Positions 1 to 6,906 of a DNA stretch of 58,363 nt are shown in pieces (the stretch's first letter is position 1; each line of letters opens with the position of its first letter). Origin of the DNA: Pseudomonadota bacterium (lineage in GTDB: Bacteria; Pseudomonadota; Gammaproteobacteria; Burkholderiales; Burkholderiaceae_C). The stretch lies in contig JBJOPV010000001.1 in assembly GCA_046050625.1 (NCBI GenBank), positions 1-58,363 of the forward strand, in the 5' to 3' direction. A program made the translations under genes and the position numbers. The notes beneath the pieces were generated by a model. The model was not told the origin of the DNA. It did no database searches and saw only the letters and a list, made by a program, of their open reading frames with translations.

Positions 1-2
1 AG

Positions 3-215
3 CCGGGCAAGCTGCGCCTGATGTACGAGGCCAACCCGATGGCCTTCCTGGTCGAGCAGGCCGGCGGCATGGCCACCAACGGCACGCAGCGCATCATGGA
101 CATCCAGCCCACCAAGCTGCACGAGCGCGTCAGCGTGGTCCTGGGTTCGCGCAACGAAGTCCGCCGCGTGACTGAATACCATCTGGAAGACGCCGAAAAG
201 GCTTCCCAGGCCTGA
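3..215 (+). CDS. fbp: Fructose-1,6-bisphosphatase class 1, C-terminal fragment (5' end outside the window)
   Basis: Frame from nt 3 reads [22 protein letters not shown], the FBPase class 1 signature (GKLRLxYE...EQAGG). Confidence 0.95.
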   Translation, partial: PGKLRLMYEANPMAFLVEQAGGMATNGTQRIMDIQPTKLHERVSVVLGSRNEVRRVTEYHLEDAEKASQA

Positions 216-226
216 GCTTTCCAGCC

Positions 227-232
227 TATAAT
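227..232 (+). promoter_or_regulatory. Putative sigma70 -10 box of the tRNA-Thr promoter
   Basis: Perfect TATAAT 17 nt upstream of the tRNA, in a GC-rich context. The -35 box is weak. Confidence 0.55.
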
Positions 233-249
233 GTGAGTCTTGCACCGAT

Positions 250-325
250 GCCGGTGTAGCTCAGTTGGTAGAGCAGCGCATTCGTAATGCGAAGGTCGTA
301 GGTTCGACTCCTATCTCCGGCACCA
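250..325 (+). tRNA. tRNA-Thr(CGT)
   Basis: 76-nt cloverleaf GCCGGTGTAGCTCAGTTGGTAGAGC...TTCGTAA...GGTTCGACTCC...CCGGCACCA with anticodon CGT and encoded CCA. Closely resembles E. coli thrW. Confidence 0.97.
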
Positions 326-333
326 GACACCTG

Positions 334-366
334 AAGGGGTGATTCCAGAATGGAATCACCCCTTTT
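334..366 (+). terminator. Intrinsic terminator after tRNA-Thr (may also serve the convergent gene)
   Basis: AAGGGGTGATTCCA-GAA-TGGAATCACCCCTT is a perfect 14-bp stem that runs into a T tract. Confidence 0.85.
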
Positions 367-387
367 CGTTGGAGGTGCCGGATCTGC

Positions 388-1257
388 TCAAGGCCGGGCG
401 AGCTGCCCTTCCGCAGCGGCCGCGCTGCGCAGCAGGGCCTGGCGCACGCCAGCATCCAGACCCTCGAAACCGCGCGATCCGGCGGCGGCCGCGCGGGTCA
501 TCTCGACGCCCTGGCGGCTCGAGACGCGGCCCAGCGCCATCAGCGCATGATCGATGTTGTCGCTGCGCACCTGCTGCAGCACGTAGTCGGTCGATTCCAT
601 CGTGCCCAGATGGGCCAGGCCGTGCAGGGCCGACATCGCCAGCGCCGAGCGCTTCTCGCCGGTGTCGGCCTCGACGATGTGGACCAGCCCGTCGAGCGCC
701 TCCGGCCGCAGGGTCTGCTCGAGCACCTGCAGGATGCGGCCACGCCACTCGGGCGGCAGCCGGCCGTAATCCTCGCCCAGCGCGGTGATCGTCTCGGCGT
801 CGGCCAGCCGAGCCAGCACGCTGATGGCACTGCGCTCGACCGCCGGATGTGGGCTGCGCAGCAGCGCCTCGCGCCAGGCTGGCAGGCTGGCCGCATCGGC
901 CGTGTCCTCGAGCCGGCGGGCCAGCGCGATCGCATCGTCGCCGGGCGGCAGCGCGGCCAGCCGGCTGATCTCGCCGGCGGTGGCACGGGCCGCGAGCGGC
1001 AGCGCCGGCAGCGCGATCGCCCCGGAAGCCCCGCTGCCAAACGGCGAGCCGGCCGTCGATCCGGGCGGGACGATCAGGCCGCCCCCCGTCGATCCGGCCA
1101 CCGCCGTGGCGCCGCCTTGCACCGAGGCGGGAGCCATGCGGTCACGGACCAGCCAGGCGGCCGTGCAGGCCACCGCCGCCAGCGCCAGCCCGGCCACGAT
1201 CAGCCGGGTCGGCCGTACCCGACGCTGCATCCGGGAGGACTCAGGGAATGGTGACAT
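388..1257 (-). CDS. Membrane-anchored HEAT/armadillo-repeat-like hypothetical protein
   Basis: N-terminal basic residues plus a TM helix (RLIVAGLALAAVACTAAWLV), a Gly/Ser linker, then amphipathic helical repeats (VERSAISVLARL, WRGRILQVLEQ, ALHGLAHLG, ALMALGRV). Start overlaps the 3' end of the lysyl oxidase gene. Confidence 0.6.
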   Translation of the reverse strand: MSPFPESSRMQRRVRPTRLIVAGLALAAVACTAAWLVRDRMAPASVQGGATAVAGSTGGGLIVPPGSTAGSPFGSGASGAIALPALPLAARATAGEISRLAALPPGDDAIALARRLEDTADAASLPAWREALLRSPHPAVERSAISVLARLADAETITALGEDYGRLPPEWRGRILQVLEQTLRPEALDGLVHIVEADTGEKRSALAMSALHGLAHLGTMESTDYVLQQVRSDNIDHALMALGRVSSRQGVEMTRAAAAGSRGFEGLDAGVRQALLRSAAAAEGQLARP

Positions 1258-2812
1258 TCAGGCGTCCGGTGTTGTTGCTCTCGTCGAGTTCGTCGATCAG
1301 GTTCATCGGGTCCATGACGATCTCGAGCACATAGCTGCCCGCCGGCACGCCGGTGATGTCGATCCACTGGCCCGACAGGTTGGAGCTGTAGACGTCCGCC
1401 CAGCCGGCCTGGATGCCCTGGTTGCTGCAGGTGTAGCGCGCCGAAGGGTTGGCGCCGCTGTCGATGCGGGTGATGTCCATCAGGCAGAAGCCCACCTTCT
1501 TGCCGGTGCGCACCACCGCGCCGCTGGCGTCGAGCAGGCGGTACTGCGCAAAGCTGCGGAAGTGGTAGTGGCCGTGGCAGCCCCCCCACTCGAAGGAACT
1601 GCTCGAGGCCGGATTGCCCAGCACCAGATCGGCAGAGCCGATGTTGCGCGTCTGGGTGTTGAAGCGCAGCAGCCGGTGCGTGCCAGCGGTGATGGTGCCC
1701 TCCTCGATCTCGCAGGCGTTCGCCGCGAAGGTCTCGGTGGTGATGCGCGGGTTGGCCGCCGCCATCGAGATGGTGATGTCGGGCCGGCCGGTGCTGGCGG
1801 TGCCGGACTGGGTGGCCTTCAGCGTCACGCCGGCGTAGGCACGGTAGCCGTGCAGCATCAGGAAATAATCGCCCGCGCGCGGCGTGGCGATCGTCACCGT
1901 CTCGGCATTGCCCGACAGGTAGGGCCGCTGATCCCAGGTCGAGGTGGTGGCGAGCTGGCCGTACTTCACATGCAGATCGGCATCGCCGCTGCCGCCCGAG
2001 ATCGAGAAGCTCACGCTGCTGACGCCCGCCGGCACCGCGACGCGGAAATTGGCCACGCTGCCCTGGCCCCCGGCCAGATTGGCCACCGACGCGCCGATCG
2101 CCAGCGTCTGCACCGGATTGATGAGGGTGTAGGTGCCGGCGCTCACGCTGCTGACCGACTGGCTGCCGACAAAGGCCGCCGCACGCACCTGGGTGGTCGT
2201 GGTGACCAGGATCGGTGCGGTGTAGACCTCCGAGCCGGTGCCGGGGGTGCTGCCGTCCAGGGTGTAGCGGATCACCGCATCCGGCGTGGCCGAGGCCAGG
2301 CTGACGCTGACGCGGCCGGAGTGCGTGCCCGGCGCCGGGCTGAAGGTGGGTGCGGCCACCGTCGCCGCCGAGCCACCACCGCCGTCATGGGTCGCCTTGA
2401 GCGTCAGGCCGCTGTAGGCGCTGTAGCCGCGCAGCATCACATGCCAGGTGCCGGCCGCCGGTGCGCTGACCGAGACCGCTTCGTTCGAGCCGCTGCGGTA
2501 GGGGCGGTAATCCCAGGTCGACAGCGTCGGCGCGGCGCCGCGACGCACATACAGGTCGGCGTCGCCAGAGCTGCCCGCAGTCGAGATCGACAGCGTGCTG
2601 GCACCCGCCGGCACTTCGATCGTGTAGTAGCGCTGGCTGCCATAGGCGCCGGCAATGCCGCCGACCGCGGTGCCGCTGGCCAGCGCCTGCGGCGCGGAGG
2701 CGGTCTGGGCCACAGCGGGCGCGGTGACGGTCAGTCCAGGCAGCGCCAGCGCGGCGGCCAGGAGGATGCGGGCCAGCAGCGATGCCGGTCGGAGTGCGGT
2801 CAGGGCGTTCAT
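1241..2812 (-). CDS. Secreted lysyl oxidase family protein with PPC, Fn3-associated/chitobiase-like and second PPC domains
   Basis: Signal peptide (..APAVA-Q). Two PPC repeats (GDADLYVRRG/GDADLHVKYG..YRPY..GSNE). APTFSP..IRYTLDGSTP..YTAPI module. C-terminal LOX motifs RLLRF..RNIGSADL, CHGHYH, KKVGFCLMD, GWADVY, QWIDITGV..GSYVL, ESNN. Alternative GTG start at 2839. Confidence 0.88.
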   Translation of the reverse strand: MNALTALRPASLLARILLAAALALPGLTVTAPAVAQTASAPQALASGTAVGGIAGAYGSQRYYTIEVPAGASTLSISTAGSSGDADLYVRRGAAPTLSTWDYRPYRSGSNEAVSVSAPAAGTWHVMLRGYSAYSGLTLKATHDGGGGSAATVAAPTFSPAPGTHSGRVSVSLASATPDAVIRYTLDGSTPGTGSEVYTAPILVTTTTQVRAAAFVGSQSVSSVSAGTYTLINPVQTLAIGASVANLAGGQGSVANFRVAVPAGVSSVSFSISGGSGDADLHVKYGQLATTSTWDQRPYLSGNAETVTIATPRAGDYFLMLHGYRAYAGVTLKATQSGTASTGRPDITISMAAANPRITTETFAANACEIEEGTITAGTHRLLRFNTQTRNIGSADLVLGNPASSSSFEWGGCHGHYHFRSFAQYRLLDASGAVVRTGKKVGFCLMDITRIDSGANPSARYTCSNQGIQAGWADVYSSNLSGQWIDITGVPAGSYVLEIVMDPMNLIDELDESNNTGRLNVTIP

Positions 2813-2899
2813 GTCAGGGAGTGCGTCAGGCGCGTCCACGTATCAATTCACAAATTATGTTACATGCATTTACATTGAAGCCTCCTCTCCTTTTCGCCG

Positions 2900-4720
2900 A
2901 TGCCTTCGCGCATGTGCTTTGCCCCGACTTCCATCTCGCTCCTGCCTGCACTGCGGATCACCCGCCTTGTCGCTGTCTTCCTGCTGCCGATCGGGGCGGC
3001 GGCGGCCACAGCGGCTCCGCCGGCCCCTGTGCCTCGGATCACGATGCTGGTCATCGACCGGAGCGGCAGGCCACTGCCACTCGACCAGCTCGGTGCAGTG
3101 CGCGACCGCCGCGGCCGGGCGCTGTCGATCAGCCGGCTCGACCTGATGCTCTCGGGCCTGCAGCTGCAGACCGGCGATGGCCGCTGGGTGGGGCCGGCCG
3201 GCTGGCATGGCCATGTCCGCGCCGCCCTGCCCGACCGGCACGAGCCGCTGCCGGGCCTGGCGCCGGGCCGCTACCGCGCGCTGCGCTTCGCGATCGGCGT
3301 CGCGCCCGAGGCCAACCATGCCGACCCGAACCGGCTCGCGCCCGGCGACCCGCTGCATCCGCTGGTCAACGACATGCACTGGGGCTGGACCGGCGGCTAT
3401 GTCTTCGCCGCGATCGAGGGCCTGTGGCAGTTCGACCGTGCCGAGGCCGGCCGCACCGGCGGCTTCTCGTACCACCTGGCCGGCGACATCCACCGCATCA
3501 CCGTGACGCTGCCGGGCCCGCTGCAGCTCGCCGCCGGCGGCACGCTGCGCCTGAAGCTCGATGCCGGCCGGCTGCTGGCGGCGGTCGACCTCTCGAAGGA
3601 CGGCGACTCGACCCACTCGCGCAGCGACGACCCGCCCTCGCGGGCGCTGAGGGCGGCGCTGGCACGCGCCTTCCGGGTCGAGGCGCTGGCCCCTCAGGCG
3701 GCCGCGGACCCGCGCAGCGGCACGACCGCCGCCGGCACGGCCCCCATCGGCACCACGCCTTACCGCTGGAGCGTGGGCGCCCACCTGCCCCGGGTGACGC
3801 TGCCGGCCGACAACCCGCTGACCGTGCAGGGCGTGGCGCTCGGGCGCCAGCTCTTCGGCGATCCGCGCCTGTCACGCGACGGGCGCGTCAGCTGCGCGAC
3901 CTGCCATGTGCCCGACCGGGCCTTCGTCGATCCAGGCCGGGCGACCAGCCGCGGCGTCGACGGCCGCGAAGGCCTGCGCAACACCCCGACGCTGAGCAAT
4001 CTGGCCTGGAGCCGCCATTTCGGCTGGGATGGCGGGCGCAGCACGCTGCGCGAGCAGGCACTGCGCCCGATCGAGCTGATGCACGAGATGGGCGACCGGC
4101 TGCCGCAGGTGGTCGAGCGGCTTGGGCGGGATGCGGCGCTGCAGGCGCGCTTCCGCCAGGCCTTCGGCGGTCCGGTCAGCGCAGCGCGCCTGGGCCTGGC
4201 GCTGGAGCAGTACCTGCTGACGCTGGTGGCACAGGACGCCAAGTTCGACCGCGTGATGCAGGGCCGCGCGCAGTTCAGCCCGGCCGAGAAGCGTGGCTTC
4301 GAGCTCTTCCTGACCGAGCACGACCCCCGCCAGGGCCTGCGCGGCGCCGACTGCTTCCACTGCCACGGCGGCAGCCTGTTCACCAGCCAGCAGTTCGCCA
4401 GCATCGGTCTGCCGCGCCTGAAGGGCCGCCCGGACGATCCCGGCCGCGCCGGCGTCACCGGGCTGGAGAGCGACCGCGGCCGCTTCCGGGTGCCGAGCCT
4501 GCGCAATGTCGCGCTGACCGCGCCCTACATGCACGACGGGCGCTTGCGCACGCTCGAGGAGGTCATCGAGCACTATGACCACGGCGTCGAGCGCGGTCCG
4601 AGTCTCGATCCCAACCTGGCCAAGCACCCGCCCGCCGGCCTGGGCCTGTCCGCCGAGGACAAGGCCGCGCTGGTGGCCTTCCTGAAGACGCTGACCGAGA
4701 TCAGCGCGGCCGGACGCTGA
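2900..4720 (+). CDS. MbnP-MbnH fusion: WxW copper-binding domain plus di-heme cytochrome c peroxidase (MauG/MbnH type)
   Basis: Signal peptide. MbnP-like LRFAIGV..NHADP..MHWGWTGGY. Then PADNPLT..LGRQLFGDPRLS..SCATCH, RNTPTL, WDG, CFHCH, FRVPSLRNVALTAPYMHDG, VIEHY. Confidence 0.85.
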   Translation: MPSRMCFAPTSISLLPALRITRLVAVFLLPIGAAAATAAPPAPVPRITMLVIDRSGRPLPLDQLGAVRDRRGRALSISRLDLMLSGLQLQTGDGRWVGPAGWHGHVRAALPDRHEPLPGLAPGRYRALRFAIGVAPEANHADPNRLAPGDPLHPLVNDMHWGWTGGYVFAAIEGLWQFDRAEAGRTGGFSYHLAGDIHRITVTLPGPLQLAAGGTLRLKLDAGRLLAAVDLSKDGDSTHSRSDDPPSRALRAALARAFRVEALAPQAAADPRSGTTAAGTAPIGTTPYRWSVGAHLPRVTLPADNPLTVQGVALGRQLFGDPRLSRDGRVSCATCHVPDRAFVDPGRATSRGVDGREGLRNTPTLSNLAWSRHFGWDGGRSTLREQALRPIELMHEMGDRLPQVVERLGRDAALQARFRQAFGGPVSAARLGLALEQYLLTLVAQDAKFDRVMQGRAQFSPAEKRGFELFLTEHDPRQGLRGADCFHCHGGSLFTSQQFASIGLPRLKGRPDDPGRAGVTGLESDRGRFRVPSLRNVALTAPYMHDGRLRTLEEVIEHYDHGVERGPSLDPNLAKHPPAGLGLSAEDKAALVAFLKTLTEISAAGR

Positions 4721-4725
4721 CGGCT

Positions 4726-6906
4726 TCAGTCCGCCGCCAGCAGCCCCGGCAGCCCGCTGGCGCGCCGGGTGCGCCGCTGCAGCGCACGCGCCCAGACGCT
4801 GCGGTCGGGCGCCACCAGCGTGAAGGCGTCCTTCGCACGGGTGATGCCGGTGTAGACCAGCTCGCAGCTCAGCACCGGGTTGATCTGCGGCGGCAGCACC
4901 AGCGCCACATGGGCGAACTCCGAGCCCTGCGACTTGTGCACCGTCATGGCGAAGGCAGTCTCCACCGCCGACAGCCGGCTGGTCATGATCGCGCGCGGCG
5001 CCAGCCCCTCGCCATCGACGAACCACACCCGCAGCCGCCCGTCGGCCGAGCGCAGCGTGACGCCCACATCGCCGTTGTGCACGCCCAGCGCCGGATCGTT
5101 GCGGGTGACCATCACCGGCCGGCCGGCGTACCACTCGCCATCGCCGAGCCTCCAGCGCGCCCGCGCCCGCGCCTCGATCAGGCGGTTGAGCCCCTGGACG
5201 CCCCAGTCGCCCTCGCGCAGCGCGCACAGCAGCCGGAAGCGCTCGAAGGCGTGCACGACCTGCGTGATCGCGTCGGGCTGATCCGGCCGGACCCGGTCCA
5301 GCAGCGCCAGGAAGTCGCCATAGCCCGGCGCCTTGTCCCCGCGCCCGTCGAGCGCCAGCGCAGCCACCCGCTCCAGCGCCGCCGCGCTGGCCGAGGCGGC
5401 ATCGGGCAGCGCCAGCCGCGCCACCGCCACGTCGCCCCGGCGCAGCACGTGCATGGCGGCCTCGGCATCGCGGGCATTGACGGCCAGGGCGAGATCGCCG
5501 ATCGCGCCATCGAAGCGCCGGCTCTCGCGCAGCATCACCGTCTGCTGCGCCAGCACCGACACCGGCGGATCGTCGGCCCGGACCGCGCCCGAGCGCGACT
5601 GCGGCAGCCTCATCCCGGCCGGCAGCGTCTGGCCGGTGCAGGCCTCGATCCAGGCGGCGCTGGCGTCGTCGTAGTGGCCGCGCACCGCGTCGCCACAGAA
5701 GTCGCCCAGCACCGCGCCGGCCTCGACCGAGGCCAGCTGGTCGCGGTCGCCCAGCAGCACCAGCCGCGCCGAGGCCGGCAGCGCCGCCAGCAGCGCGGCC
5801 ATCATCTCCAGGTGCACCATCGAAGCCTCATCCACCACCAGCAGATCGACCTCGAGCGGATGGCGCGCGTCGTGGCGCAGCGCGCGGGTGTCGGGCCGCG
5901 CGCCCAGCAGCCGGTGCAGCGTGGTGGCCTCGCGCAGGCGCTCGCCCAGATCGACCCAGTCGAGCACGCCCGGCAGCGCCTGGCCGAGCTGCTGCAGCGC
6001 CAGGTCGATCGACTGCTTCAGCCGCGCCGCGGCCTTGCCAGTGGGCGCGGCCAGCGCGATGCGCAGCGTGCGCGGCGCCGGATGCAGCGCGTAGCCCAGC
6101 GCCAGCAGCCGGGCGACGGTGTAGGTCTTGCCGGTGCCGGGGCCGCCGGTGATCAGCGCCAGCTGCCCGCGCAGCGCCACCGCGCAGGCGATGCGCTGCC
6201 AGTCGGGCCCGTCCTTCGGATCACGCGGGCTGAACAGCCGGTCGAGCCACTGACGCACGTCGGCGGGCGCGGGCGTCGGCCAGCCGGTGACGGCCTCGCC
6301 CGGCGGCTGCGGCCGCACCCGCTCGCGCACCGCGGCGGCCACCGCCTGCTCGTCGCGCCAATGCCGGCGCAGGTAGAGCCGGCCGTCGGCTTCGAGCACC
6401 AGCGGCGCGCCGGTGGACGCCGCGCCGCCCTCCTCCACCGCCCCGCTGCCCAGCAGCGCGGCGCGCCAGTCGTCCAGGGACTGCGGCAGGCGCCGCAGCA
6501 GCGCCGCCAGCGCCTGCTGGGCCGCCGCCGGCCCGTCGAGCCAGCCTTCGTCGTCGGCGCGATCGGCCTCGCCGGGGCGGCGCTGGCGCAGCAGCTCGCC
6601 GAGCGCGATGCAGGTGTGGCCGCGGCCCTCGCGCTGCGCCAGCAGCGCCGCGGCCAGCAGCAGCTCCGGCCCGGCCTGCGGCCGCTCGTCGGCCAGCCAC
6701 CGCGCCAGCGCCACGTCGAGCCGGCGCAGCCAGCGCTTCTTCTTCTCGGCCGGGATCTCCTGGCCCCAATGGTCGAGCAGCGCGAGCAGCTCGGCCCGGT
6801 CCGGCGCACGCGCCTCGGCCACGGGCTCGGCCTCGGCGGAAAGATCGAACGGGTCGGGCGCGTCGTGGGCGGCGCCGGGGGGCGGCCGCCGGTCAGGTCG
6901 GGTCAT
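4726..6906 (-). CDS. recD: Exodeoxyribonuclease V alpha subunit
   Basis: ITGGPGTGKT Walker A, AAPTGKAAARL, TLHRLLG, VVDEASM, LGDRDQL, AMTVHKSQGSEF, YTGITRA. Confidence 0.96.
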   Translation of the reverse strand: MTRPDRRPPPGAAHDAPDPFDLSAEAEPVAEARAPDRAELLALLDHWGQEIPAEKKKRWLRRLDVALARWLADERPQAGPELLLAAALLAQREGRGHTCIALGELLRQRRPGEADRADDEGWLDGPAAAQQALAALLRRLPQSLDDWRAALLGSGAVEEGGAASTGAPLVLEADGRLYLRRHWRDEQAVAAAVRERVRPQPPGEAVTGWPTPAPADVRQWLDRLFSPRDPKDGPDWQRIACAVALRGQLALITGGPGTGKTYTVARLLALGYALHPAPRTLRIALAAPTGKAAARLKQSIDLALQQLGQALPGVLDWVDLGERLREATTLHRLLGARPDTRALRHDARHPLEVDLLVVDEASMVHLEMMAALLAALPASARLVLLGDRDQLASVEAGAVLGDFCGDAVRGHYDDASAAWIEACTGQTLPAGMRLPQSRSGAVRADDPPVSVLAQQTVMLRESRRFDGAIGDLALAVNARDAEAAMHVLRRGDVAVARLALPDAASASAAALERVAALALDGRGDKAPGYGDFLALLDRVRPDQPDAITQVVHAFERFRLLCALREGDWGVQGLNRLIEARARARWRLGDGEWYAGRPVMVTRNDPALGVHNGDVGVTLRSADGRLRVWFVDGEGLAPRAIMTSRLSAVETAFAMTVHKSQGSEFAHVALVLPPQINPVLSCELVYTGITRAKDAFTLVAPDRSVWARALQRRTRRASGLPGLLAAD

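Noticed and set aside
261-455. 64-aa minus-strand ORF
   Set aside because: It is the antisense translation of tRNA-Thr and its terminator.
2900-4720. Methanobactin biosynthesis cluster
   Set aside because: No mbnA precursor, mbnB/mbnC or TonB-dependent receptor in the window.
250-4725. Integrative element at tRNA-Thr carrying the LOX islet
   Set aside because: No integrase, I saw no duplicated tRNA 3' end, and the native terminator is intact. An old insertion remains possible but is unsupported.
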